Sequence record: ON287376.1
Strand: one strand, 5' to 3'
Length of the DNA: 64,000 bases
The number at the start of each line of letters is the position of its first letter. The stretch's first letter is position 1. A program made the position numbers and the translations under genes. Below the pieces are notes generated by a model. It made no database searches. It was not told the DNA's origin and worked only from the letters and a program-made list of their open reading frames with translations. This document shows, piece after piece, positions 8,630 to 17,453 of this stretch.

Positions 8630-10807
8630 TTAAATTTGCCTCATATAGATACTGTTGATCCGATGAGCCATGTTCATTGGTGCCCGAGTAATGTCAATCA
8701 TGAACGCTGCATGGGTCGCCCAGTCAGGAATCGTGGTAAAGGAAAGTGGCTGTCCGTCGTAACCTTGGATGTTAAGCGGAGTCTCGTAAGTCTTGATAGA
8801 GGACCCTGGGCCGTTCAACTGAAGGTCGTAACCGCCACCAACTACCGACTTGTAAACGATAGGTGAACGCTCGTCGTCTGGGCCGAAGAACTCAGCTGCC
8901 ATGTAGACTACGCGAATACTAATCGTACCCGAAGATGCCCAACTACTTAAGTTGACTCGAGCGATTACCGGACCGTTACCTTTGAGAGGCATAGAACCGA
9001 TATACAGTTGATACTTACCATCTTTAGGTACGGTGTTAGTACCGACTTGCATGTAACCGTTAAGGCGCTGGATGGAGAAGTTAGTAGACGAGGCAGTACC
9101 CCAGCCCACTCGGTTCTTACGAATCTCACAACCCGTACCGCCAGGAGATGGGATCCAAACTTCGTGTGCGTAGTGAGATACATCGCTAAAGATCTCTGAA
9201 CGGATGTAGTTCTCTTCGGGGACTTCAGGTTGAATCGAGGTCAATGCCAACGGCGGGCCGTTCTGCGGCAACTTACTATCGCGGAAGGTAACTGTACCTT
9301 TACCCGATACCCAACCAGTGATTGCAGAGTCGTCGTTGCTGATACCCAAATTACTGAAGTAACATTTATCAAACGACATCGCACAGCGATCACCTGCAAA
9401 GAAGACGTTACTCTTAGCCTTCGTATTGGATGCACGGAAAATGAAGTTAACGCCGTTGAACGCGATATTGGCATTGAGTCCGTCTTTCACTTCGAAAGCA
9501 TACTCGTAAGGACCTTCACCTTCGAACCATCCATCGTTAAAGATCAAACGAGCTGACCCGCTGTCTACTAAGACATAACGTTTGTACGCATAGTCGAAGG
9601 AACAGTTGTCAAAGATCGTGTGCGCTTTGTTAACGTTGATGAAGTAATTCGACTGGGAGAAGATACAGGAGATGAAGTGGATCTGTTCCCCGGAGTTAGT
9701 CATTGCAGCATTGTTGGTGTAGCAGATGTTACAATGGTTAAACTGGTAGTTGAAGAACTTGACGTAGTACGTATTGGAGTTATAGGTAAACCCAGTGGAG
9801 AAAAGATCACAACCGCCACCCATAAAGCACATGGAGTTCTGTGCCCAGAAATAAGCGAAGGTGTCGTTCATCCCCATGAAGTGTACGTACTTATCCATCC
9901 CAGGACCGACCGCACGGAGATTACGACACTCCATGGTACCTTGGGTATAACCACGCAAGTTAACCCAGCTAATGCCGTATACAGGCGCTGCTGCAGTACC
10001 TGGGGTCATCAGGGTAAAGTCGAGGATGGCTCCAGAGAAATCGTAATCGATTGTCTTAGTCTGTAGCGTAATCGTAGTCTTGATAAAGTACCGACCAGGA
10101 TTACATTCCATCTTAATGTTACCGTTAATCGAACGAGTCGTATCGTTAGTAAACGGAACAGTCTCAGACCACTTGGACATCCGGGTAAATGCAGGGCCAG
10201 AGTCGATGCTGTTGTCGTTAGGCGCCGCGCCCCAGAACGTAGGGTTGATTACACCGGCGTTGTCGAATACACGTTTCCAGCGACTACCATCTGTGGCAAC
10301 AATAGTTGCACCGCCATCATCAGTAGAAGTTTTGTCCGTCTTAATAAAGGTAAACTTACCGCCACCGATACCTGAACCTGCACGATAACTTTTAACTTCA
10401 ATAACTTCGTTATCGAAAATAGGTTTAGTAGTACGGAGATCAGAGACGCTCTCAACCGTACGTAATACTTTGGCGTACTGGAGTGCTTCGTTGGTGATGA
10501 GGCGTTTAATCTTACCCTGTTCGTTCAGAGTAGCTACTGCGCCAGCATCGTTACGAGTATATTCGTTAACGTAGAAGTGGCGACTGTCTTCGTAGGTAAA
10601 GAAAATATCGCCGACTTTAGTTGCTGCGATCCCTTTCTCAAGAGAATCAAACGCGGAATGATAATCAAGTTGTTTACGCAGATCGTTCAAGTCCAATACT
10701 GCGGTTTCCAATACACCTTGTTCATTCACCGTGTTGAATGGGAAATAGTCGTTTTCTTTTGGCGTAGACGACGAAGGTAATTGAGATATCTTTTGGCCAT
10801 TAATCAT
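8630..10807 (-). CDS. Tailspike / tail fibre with beta-helix (pectate-lyase-like) depolymerase domain
   Basis: GGGKF...DDGG...DGSRWKR neck, WGAAPNDNSIDSGPAF helix cap, and N/F/C-rich beta-helix repeats. Confidence 0.8.
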   Translation of the reverse strand: MINGQKISQLPSSSTPKENDYFPFNTVNEQGVLETAVLDLNDLRKQLDYHSAFDSLEKGIAATKVGDIFFTYEDSRHFYVNEYTRNDAGAVATLNEQGKIKRLITNEALQYAKVLRTVESVSDLRTTKPIFDNEVIEVKSYRAGSGIGGGKFTFIKTDKTSTDDGGATIVATDGSRWKRVFDNAGVINPTFWGAAPNDNSIDSGPAFTRMSKWSETVPFTNDTTRSINGNIKMECNPGRYFIKTTITLQTKTIDYDFSGAILDFTLMTPGTAAAPVYGISWVNLRGYTQGTMECRNLRAVGPGMDKYVHFMGMNDTFAYFWAQNSMCFMGGGCDLFSTGFTYNSNTYYVKFFNYQFNHCNICYTNNAAMTNSGEQIHFISCIFSQSNYFINVNKAHTIFDNCSFDYAYKRYVLVDSGSARLIFNDGWFEGEGPYEYAFEVKDGLNANIAFNGVNFIFRASNTKAKSNVFFAGDRCAMSFDKCYFSNLGISNDDSAITGWVSGKGTVTFRDSKLPQNGPPLALTSIQPEVPEENYIRSEIFSDVSHYAHEVWIPSPGGTGCEIRKNRVGWGTASSTNFSIQRLNGYMQVGTNTVPKDGKYQLYIGSMPLKGNGPVIARVNLSSWASSGTISIRVVYMAAEFFGPDDERSPIVYKSVVGGGYDLQLNGPGSSIKTYETPLNIQGYDGQPLSFTTIPDWATHAAFMIDITRAPMNMAHRINSIYMRQI

Positions 10808-10888
10808 GAGATAACCTTATCTGTATTTGGTCAATTCATAGGAAGTTGCATAATAGAGTAGAGCGGGTGACCCGCTCTACTCGTATGA

Positions 10889-11431
10889 CTATCGGTCAGT
10901 TTTGAATGGGTTGAATTGAACCGCTAACTGATATGTATCGAAGTTCTCGGTTTTCAACTTCCAACCCAAGTAGATCTTGATACGTTTACCTTTAATGAAG
11001 CTAGGGCCCATGTAATAAATCATCCAGTAGTGGTCTTTGTAGATCCCTGTCTGATTGTTCCAGGCCGGACCTTTTACCGTCGGTTTGACTGAAGACTTAG
11101 GTGCGCCCAAGAACCGGATACTGAAGTTATAGAGCGGGTTCCGATAAAGCCAAAGGACTCGGCAAATGTACTGTGCTGTTTTTGGCGGTAGGTTCTTTCT
11201 CCAGAGCGTATGCTCTGTCTTCCACCCGTTATCGCCATCCAAATCGTTATCTGGCATCATGAACCAATCGAGCCATTTAGGAAGTCGCGCATCCTTAGTC
11301 GCAAAGATTGGAAGGAATGGCGTCACTACTGCGGCAACTGCCAAAGCCAGTAGATATAGAACAAACAACAAACACCAATGGATAAATCCCTTCAAGGGAA
11401 CAGGTGTACTGAACACCGTAATTGTTTTCAT
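10889..11431 (-). CDS. Membrane-anchored phage protein next to the tailspike
   Basis: N-terminal hydrophobic helix; LPKWLDWF..PDNDLDGD and WLYRNP motifs resemble a family often seen beside phage tail-fibre genes. Confidence 0.7.
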   Translation of the reverse strand: MKTITVFSTPVPLKGFIHWCLLFVLYLLALAVAAVVTPFLPIFATKDARLPKWLDWFMMPDNDLDGDNGWKTEHTLWRKNLPPKTAQYICRVLWLYRNPLYNFSIRFLGAPKSSVKPTVKGPAWNNQTGIYKDHYWMIYYMGPSFIKGKRIKIYLGWKLKTENFDTYQLAVQFNPFKTDR

Positions 11432-11475
11432 CTTGAGTCACTCTAGGTTAAAGGTCATATCAAACTTAATTTACG

Positions 11476-11497
11476 CCTATATCACAATTATGAATAG
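11476..11497 (+). promoter_or_regulatory. Putative early promoter
   Basis: cctatatcacaattatgaatag. Confidence 0.55.
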
Positions 11498-11523
11498 GAT
11501 AAATTAATCTGAGGGCTTTGTGC

Positions 11524-12045
11524 ATGAACATTGAAAACTTCAAGAAAGACTTTGCTGAAATCGCTGACAAATTCAAAGTGATGTACGGTCACTTCAATCC
11601 AGAGAAGACTCGTCCAGATCTGGATATCAACAACGGTGACTGTGGCGTATTCGCACTGACTGTCGGTGCAGTACTCCAGAACAAAGGTTACAGTATCCAG
11701 TACGTAGATAACCTCAACCATGGCTTCATTCGTCTTTACGACGTCGATGAAGACCTCTGCTTCGACAGCAACAACTACGAAGGTTGTTCCACTGCCGACA
11801 TGAACGAGCGTTGGAGTTCGGATGAAATCAATCCGCTTGACTACAACGGCATGTGCGATGCGTTTGTCCCTTACGATGTTAAGGGTGCGTACATGATCAA
11901 AACTATCCTGGATCATTACTCGGTCCCATTGCCAGAGTATATCCAGAACGTACTCAAAGAAGAACTCGAATACGAGATCACCGAGTACGTTGAGAAATAC
12001 CAAGCGTTCATGGCTCGGTCTATCGAAGAACTGAACGCAGCGTAA
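11524..12045 (+). CDS. Putative papain/transglutaminase-like Cys-His-Asp enzyme
   Basis: INNGDCGVFAL...NHGFI...CFDSNNYEG; paralog at 48042. Confidence 0.55.
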   Translation: MNIENFKKDFAEIADKFKVMYGHFNPEKTRPDLDINNGDCGVFALTVGAVLQNKGYSIQYVDNLNHGFIRLYDVDEDLCFDSNNYEGCSTADMNERWSSDEINPLDYNGMCDAFVPYDVKGAYMIKTILDHYSVPLPEYIQNVLKEELEYEITEYVEKYQAFMARSIEELNAA

Positions 12046-12136
12046 CCCTGAGCAATTCCGCTCGACACCCCGGCCGTAGTTCTCACAGGTCAATAGCGAC
12101 ACTCGTAGAGGCTACGGTTTTTAGGAGAGTAGTACG

Positions 12137-13009
12137 ATGAAAACAACTGTAAAAGAGTTAACCAAAAAAGTCTATCTCGTCACCTTCGATCTGTTCGAGG
12201 CCAGTAGAATGATGAACATGTCCTACTCGGATATGCAATCATTATTCTGCCAACTACGTAACATGAACGTCGGTAAAGATGACATGTATGGTCGGGTTAT
12301 TAACAACCACCAACGTGCTCAGTACAACGGTCATGACCACTACGACTTCACTTGCTCACCGGACTTCATAATCCGGACAAGTGGTATTCGCATGGATAGC
12401 GAAGAGGCCATTGTCTCTATCAAGTTGGAAGTGCTCAACGAACACGCGTTCCCTGCATCAGCTCCTGAATTAGCTACCTACTTTAACGAGTACGGTTGGC
12501 GCTTCGTACCACGTTGCTTCTACGTGAACTACGAAGTCGAAGATGCTAAGTTTGAAAACCCAATTCGCTCTTACGTCGGTCAGCCGAAAGAACTGTCCAA
12601 AGGCTGGGTTAAGGTCGAAGGCGTCAATTATAGAACCATCGATATTTGGATCGATGACGAAACTGGTACTGAACTTGGCGAGAATCCAGAGGAAGATATC
12701 GGCGTGTCGGATTCCGATGAGCGTAACCCGGTAATCATCGTCGATCAGACCCATTCTGAAATCATCAAAATGATGCTCTGCTCCGGTTATAATTTCTCTA
12801 CTGTCATCGACGGTAAAGAAGTTCATTTCGAAATCACCGGCCCTAAGGAAAATTCAAATAACCCTTACGCAGCTAAGTTGGATGAGCACTGTAAAGATCT
12901 GAAAGGTTCCTTCAAACAGAAGGAAGGTTATGCCGGACCGACCTTTACGCCGGAACAACCTAAACACGTTCCCAATGATCCAACTAGAAGTATGTGGGGG
13001 CCAGAATAA
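12137..13009 (+). CDS. Hypothetical protein; N-terminal part may be a degenerate prohead-protease-like fold
   Basis: AGGAG RBS; MYGR...FVPRC spacing weakly resembles the protease-fold paralogs of jumbo phages. Confidence 0.6.
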   Translation: MKTTVKELTKKVYLVTFDLFEASRMMNMSYSDMQSLFCQLRNMNVGKDDMYGRVINNHQRAQYNGHDHYDFTCSPDFIIRTSGIRMDSEEAIVSIKLEVLNEHAFPASAPELATYFNEYGWRFVPRCFYVNYEVEDAKFENPIRSYVGQPKELSKGWVKVEGVNYRTIDIWIDDETGTELGENPEEDIGVSDSDERNPVIIVDQTHSEIIKMMLCSGYNFSTVIDGKEVHFEITGPKENSNNPYAAKLDEHCKDLKGSFKQKEGYAGPTFTPEQPKHVPNDPTRSMWGPE

Positions 13010-13019
13010 AAGAGGGTGT

Positions 13020-13190
13020 ATGGAAAAAGAAACCAAGAAAGAGAAGCGCCCGGCAACGGTGCGGGAGGTTATTGAGAATATCCTCGAACTCCAGCCTTCC
13101 ATTGATCCGAAGTATCTGAAAGGGTTCCATACCTTATCGGAACCCACGGATGACAACGGGAGGGTCTGTCGTGAATTCCTTCGCTGGTAA
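13020..13190 (+). CDS. Small hypothetical protein
   Basis: ATG at 13020 after GAGGG; 56 aa. Confidence 0.5.
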   Translation: MEKETKKEKRPATVREVIENILELQPSIDPKYLKGFHTLSEPTDDNGRVCREFLRW

Positions 13191-13446
13191 ACTCGCAATT
13201 GAAGGATCTTTCTTAGCCGATGAATTAGAGTTATCGGTGAGGGAACAAGATCATCACTTCGAAGAATACCGTAGACATAATGCTGACGTTAACGTTCTGG
13301 CTAACCGCCAACGGGAAATAATGCATTTACACGGTATTGCTGAATGTTTGGATCGTGGGGTATTGGCTGAGGAGATCGCCTACTACCTGGACGCTCCGGT
13401 ATCAGAGATCGAAGAGAAGATTGAAAAGATCAAGTCGTTTAAGTAA
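13150..13446 (+). CDS. HTH-like protein, paralog of 4430..4771
   Basis: LDRGVLAEEIAYYLDAPVSEIE at the C-terminus. Confidence 0.55.
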   Translation: MTTGGSVVNSFAGKLAIEGSFLADELELSVREQDHHFEEYRRHNADVNVLANRQREIMHLHGIAECLDRGVLAEEIAYYLDAPVSEIEEKIEKIKSFK

Positions 13447-13507
13447 ATAAATGAGGTAGGGTTAATTCCCTACCTTTATTCTGTCTTATCATAAAGGGTA
13501 ATTGTAA

Positions 13508-13669
13508 ATGCATATTTTAATTCTGTTGGTTCTATGGGTTATCGGCTCTTATGTTGTTGCTAATCGTGCGCAGTCTAAGGGCGGTAATTTCAAAACGTGG
13601 TTCTGGATCTCCATGATCTTCGATCCTCTCGGCGGCTACGTGATCTATAAGCTCCTGTTACGCAAATAA
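13508..13669 (+). CDS. 53-aa two-TM membrane protein (not in ORF track)
   Basis: MHILILLVLWVIGSYVVANRAQSKGGNFKTWFWISMIFDPLGGYVIYKLLLRK; AAGGG RBS; strong hairpin at about 13680-13710 downstream. Confidence 0.7.
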   Translation: MHILILLVLWVIGSYVVANRAQSKGGNFKTWFWISMIFDPLGGYVIYKLLLRK

Positions 13670-13737
13670 ACATAACACTCCCTCAGTAGACCTAATGGTC
13701 TACTGAGGGGATTATATCCATTTCCAATTTTTTTGGT

Positions 13738-13771
13738 GTCTATATAACCGTGGCGCAAGGGTAGAAGTAAT
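13738..13771 (+). promoter_or_regulatory. Putative early promoter (TATATAACC subclass)
   Basis: gtctatataaccgtggcg-N7-agaagtaat is shared with 41352-41385. Confidence 0.65.
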
Positions 13772-13951
13772 ACCTTTGTTAAATCACAAACCTGCCTCTA
13801 AAGGGGAAATACTGTAATCAGATAGAAACCATATACTCCTATTGAAGTACTTAACCAGTTTTGACTTACGGACTACGTGAGTCGAATAGCGTGTACGATT
13901 GTACACGTTAAACTGAGTTCCGGAACATTCGTCCGGAATAGGAGCACTACC

Positions 13952-14566
13952 ATGGAAATCGACTACGATTTCAAAACACCTAGTTTATGGATTGACAAAG
14001 GTGTTGTCGAAGACGCTAAGAGATTTAAGTCTCTTAATAAATCCGGCAAGAAAAAGTTCATTGAAGAACTAAACGACTACGCCAGTAAAATGGACGCGAC
14101 TGACTACTCTAGTGATGGATTGAATCTACTTTGTACTCTTCTTGATAATATCGAGAAGGGATATGACGTAGAGGCATCTAAGGTGGTTATCTACTGCTTG
14201 TTGAAGCGCGTTGGTTTCAATGAGCTCGCTGAGAAGTTAGAGTCAGCTACTATGGAATCGTTATTAGTTAAAATGATTTTGAAGAAAGCTGCTCGTACGT
14301 TGTTATTCTTTATCTGTACAACATACTTAAAGTCCTTTTCGATATCAGCTTTCATAGCTAAGTTTGCTTATGAATTCATGATACTAGTCGAAAAACGACT
14401 GGCGTTGATTAAAGCTGTTTTTAGATACTTTACCGTTAAAGAACATAAAGAGAAGACTGGGTGTGACCAGTCTTCTCTGATTTACGGTCTTGGTACTAAG
14501 ATCAGTTTGGTTTTCACTTTCTTAAAAAGGAAGTGGAGGAATATCCATAAGATACTGAGGAGATAA
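13952..14566 (+). CDS. Hypothetical AT-rich protein
   Basis: AGGAG RBS and ATG at 13952; hydrophobic and basic C-terminal half. Confidence 0.7.
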   Translation: MEIDYDFKTPSLWIDKGVVEDAKRFKSLNKSGKKKFIEELNDYASKMDATDYSSDGLNLLCTLLDNIEKGYDVEASKVVIYCLLKRVGFNELAEKLESATMESLLVKMILKKAARTLLFFICTTYLKSFSISAFIAKFAYEFMILVEKRLALIKAVFRYFTVKEHKEKTGCDQSSLIYGLGTKISLVFTFLKRKWRNIHKILRR

Positions 14567-14648
14567 ACTACCACTAGGTCCGTGTTACCGCACGGGCCAA
14601 TACCCTTTTCATAAAAAGAAAAGGTACGTAAAAATTGATTTCCATTAC

Positions 14649-14688
14649 TTTTCAAGTCTATATAACCTAGGCGAATATCCAGAGTAAT
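14649..14688 (+). promoter_or_regulatory. Putative early promoter, ~40-bp repeat copy
   Basis: ttttcaagtctatataacctaggcgaatatccagagtaat is nearly identical to 41345-41385. Confidence 0.7.
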
Positions 14689-14724
14689 CTGGTCTTTTAT
14701 CATATTTTATTTAGGAAAATAACC

Positions 14725-15060
14725 ATGTTCAACAAACTGAAATCTCACCCAATCGTAAACCGCATCAAAGCTATCGCTCAGAAAGTTCCAGTGATCAAAG
14801 TAGAGATCATGACTATCTCTGAAAACGATTCCGCTCTGCAAGTTGAAGTGAAACAGACTCTGAACTTCGGTCTGTCTGTAATCATGACCATCGCTCTGCT
14901 GGTAACTCTGGCAAACCTGATCGCAGTTACCTGGCCTATCCTGGCGTTCTACTCTGTTGTTCGTCTGTGCAACCGTGCTAGCCAAGCGTACAACAACTGG
15001 GTAGCTAAGCGTAAGGAAACCGAAACTCAAACCCCTGAAGCAGAACCAGTAACTGCGTAA
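14725..15060 (+). CDS. Membrane protein, possible paralog of 15157..15606
   Basis: Basic amphipathic N-terminus, KVEI strand, long hydrophobic segment, acidic tail. Confidence 0.75.
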   Translation: MFNKLKSHPIVNRIKAIAQKVPVIKVEIMTISENDSALQVEVKQTLNFGLSVIMTIALLVTLANLIAVTWPILAFYSVVRLCNRASQAYNNWVAKRKETETQTPEAEPVTA

Positions 15061-15156
15061 TAACTCGATAACCCAAACTGTCGCGACCAGTGAGGGATCA
15101 TCGAGGATCGTTCTATCACAAACTCCAATCCACTATCTAATATTGAGGAAAACATT

Positions 15157-15606
15157 ATGTTCACTAAAGCTAAATCTTTCATCCGTAATATCGTCTCTCG
15201 TGCTAAAGCTGAGAAAATCGAAGTGCTGACCGTTGAGCTGGTAGAAGTTCAGGACGTTGCTACTGCAGTTAAAACTGCTAAGAGCCGTCGTAACAAAGCC
15301 TTCGCAATCAACATGATTGCAAACTGCATCGTTTCGTTCTCCTTCGGTTACGCATTCATGTTCATCCTGTGCCTGTTCCCAGAAATCGTTCTGGCTCTGT
15401 GCACTCTGTTCGCTTTCATTAAATGCGTCGATAAGATTGCCAACTTCTTTGCGACGCGTGACGTTAACTCCACTAAAGCTCACCACGCTAACATGGAAGT
15501 AATCCTGAGCGTCTTCGGTGGTGAGGCTGTCAGCAATGTTCTGAATAAAAAATCTAAGTCGTCCAAGGAGGTGGCGGCTGACGATAGTGTAGTTGCTGCA
15601 GCGTAA
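15157..15606 (+). CDS. Membrane protein, possible paralog of 14725..15060
   Basis: MFTKAKSFIRNIV...KIEVLTVE followed by a ~45-aa hydrophobic segment. Confidence 0.75.
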   Translation: MFTKAKSFIRNIVSRAKAEKIEVLTVELVEVQDVATAVKTAKSRRNKAFAINMIANCIVSFSFGYAFMFILCLFPEIVLALCTLFAFIKCVDKIANFFATRDVNSTKAHHANMEVILSVFGGEAVSNVLNKKSKSSKEVAADDSVVAAA

Positions 15607-15669
15607 TAAACAGACGGCGGTGGTAATTCCACCGCCACTTATTTAAACTTGTTCAAAAGGTATATCCTA

Positions 15670-15843
15670 ATGGAACTGATCTTCTTGATGGTACTTCTCA
15701 TCGTACTGCTGTCTTTCGTCACCAAATACCGTCCGAGCTTCATTACCGTGTTAGCGCTCAATCTCGCTATTGATGAGATCGGTATTAGAATCGCGCAGAT
15801 GGCTTTCTGCGGTCTGGGCTCTGCTTTTAGTCGGGGTAATTGA
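15670..15843 (+). CDS. Small membrane protein
   Basis: MELIFLMVLLIVLLSF; 57 aa. Confidence 0.55.
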   Translation: MELIFLMVLLIVLLSFVTKYRPSFITVLALNLAIDEIGIRIAQMAFCGLGSAFSRGN

Positions 15844-15844
15844 A

Positions 15845-16042
15845 ATGGTACTAATCACTCTGTTGATGCTCATGTTCGTATTCGCTGAATGTAAGAACCC
15901 TATCTTGCGTTTCATTGCGAACATCGTATTCAAAATGTGTTACTGGATCGGGATGACTTATATCGTCATCGTAGGGACTTTCCTGAAACTGTTAACATTC
16001 ATCTACGCCTCCATCTTTGGTCGTCGTAATTCTTTAGCTTAA
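15845..16042 (+). CDS. Small membrane protein
   Basis: MVLITLLMLMFVFAE...WIGMTYIVIVGTFL; 65 aa. Confidence 0.6.
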   Translation: MVLITLLMLMFVFAECKNPILRFIANIVFKMCYWIGMTYIVIVGTFLKLLTFIYASIFGRRNSLA

Positions 16043-16053
16043 GGAGTTTAATC

Positions 16054-16335
16054 ATGATCAGTAAATTGATGATGTTCCTGTTCGTCATGACGGTATTCGT
16101 CTTGAACGCAGCAGCCGGTTTCGTAGTTACCATTGTCATGCTGATTTCTTGGATCGCCTCTAAGGTGTACAACGATGCGGCAGTGGGCTACGTGATCAAC
16201 GTAACTGCTCTGATTGCCATGGGTATCATCTTTGGCATCGATGCGGTAGTTCCAGTAATTGCTTTGGCGGTACTGTTCAAGGTATCTGCGGAAGTCATTA
16301 AGACAATGGCTACTCCAGTACCAGCAGTGGCCTGA
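16054..16335 (+). CDS. Three-TM small membrane protein
   Basis: AAGGAG RBS; almost entirely hydrophobic 93 aa. Confidence 0.75.
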   Translation: MISKLMMFLFVMTVFVLNAAAGFVVTIVMLISWIASKVYNDAAVGYVINVTALIAMGIIFGIDAVVPVIALAVLFKVSAEVIKTMATPVPAVA

Positions 16336-16408
16336 TCGAAAAATACTCTAATAACGAGTATTATGCTTTTGTTAACAACCCACTCAACTTAGTAAAGGAA
16401 AGTGAAAT

Positions 16409-17383
16409 ATGGCAACTCCAAAAGTAGTAGACTTCTTTGACACCAACGCAGCGGCAGCTAACCTCAACGTACCGGTTCGCAAGTTCCGTAGCTGGGCCAA
16501 TGGTCAGCTGAACAAGGCTGAAAAAGAAGCCGGTCTGAGCCTGGTCGGCTTCCCTAAGCCGGTGGGTAAATCCGGCAAACATCACTGGTCGAATCGTGCC
16601 CTGTCTAATTGGGCTAAGCTGAACAACGCAGCACTGGTTACTCTGGGTTACCATGTTAAGGTAGCTGAGAAGAAGACCGTTCAAACTATCGGCACTGCTG
16701 AACTGACTCGCGAATACGGTATTTCCGCAACCCGTCTGAATATGCTGGCGAAAGCAACTGGCGTGACTCGGGAAGAGGCTGGGGCAGGAATGTCCTTGGG
16801 CGGATTCCCTAAACCGATAAAAGTCGGGGCTGCAAATCTCTGGCCTAAAGTAGCGATCCGTAAGTGGTTCAAAGCTAACAAGGATGCCCTGGCGCATCTC
16901 GGTTATATCCCTGCACTTAACAAAAAGGCTGCTAAACCAGCTAACGCCGCTAAGGCAATCAAACCTAAGGCGCTGAAACAACCGGTCGTTAAAGCGAGCA
17001 AGAAAGTCGAAACGGCGCCGAATATTCTGGGCGAAGAAAACACAAAGAGAAAGCCGAGCTACTCTGCGACGATCTCCGCTCCGGATAATTTGAAATTCCT
17101 TATTGCCACTAAGCCCGGTAGTTCGGTTAGAGCGTCCTCTATCTCCGTTACCGGCACGGATGTAGAAACCGCCCTCATCGCACTGGCTGAACTGTTAAAA
17201 CCCGTCGTCGTCGTTAGCACCAATGCTACGGCTCGTCTTGTCATGAGCAAGTACAATGCTCAACTCAAAGAACTGATGGGTGACGCGGGACAGCTCAGTA
17301 AACTGAGTAACGACTTTGAAAAGCGTCTGATGGACGTTCAACGTCTGTCGTCCGGTATCGAGATCGCTGTAACTAAACTGTAA
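16409..17383 (+). CDS. Tandem AlpA/excisionase-like HTH DNA-binding protein with K/A/P-rich linker and C-terminal coiled coil
   Basis: Two internal repeats each containing SL.GFPKP...W...[LI]..W.K; linker KKAAKPANAAKAIKPKALK. Confidence 0.7.
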   Translation: MATPKVVDFFDTNAAAANLNVPVRKFRSWANGQLNKAEKEAGLSLVGFPKPVGKSGKHHWSNRALSNWAKLNNAALVTLGYHVKVAEKKTVQTIGTAELTREYGISATRLNMLAKATGVTREEAGAGMSLGGFPKPIKVGAANLWPKVAIRKWFKANKDALAHLGYIPALNKKAAKPANAAKAIKPKALKQPVVKASKKVETAPNILGEENTKRKPSYSATISAPDNLKFLIATKPGSSVRASSISVTGTDVETALIALAELLKPVVVVSTNATARLVMSKYNAQLKELMGDAGQLSKLSNDFEKRLMDVQRLSSGIEIAVTKL

Positions 17384-17453
17384 TATCCCTACCCGAGTAG
17401 AGAGGAATAACCCTCTCTACTTATAATCTTTTTTAACATCAGGAATAAATATC

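Noticed and set aside
12046-12125. ~75-nt folded intergenic segment that could be a tRNA
   Set aside because: No TTCRA T-loop, D-arm or CCA. No tRNA was recognised anywhere in the window.
13680-14690. Hairpins and repeated motifs suggesting a CRISPR-like array
   Set aside because: Repeats are dispersed promoter motifs and single terminators, with no regular repeat-spacer periodicity.
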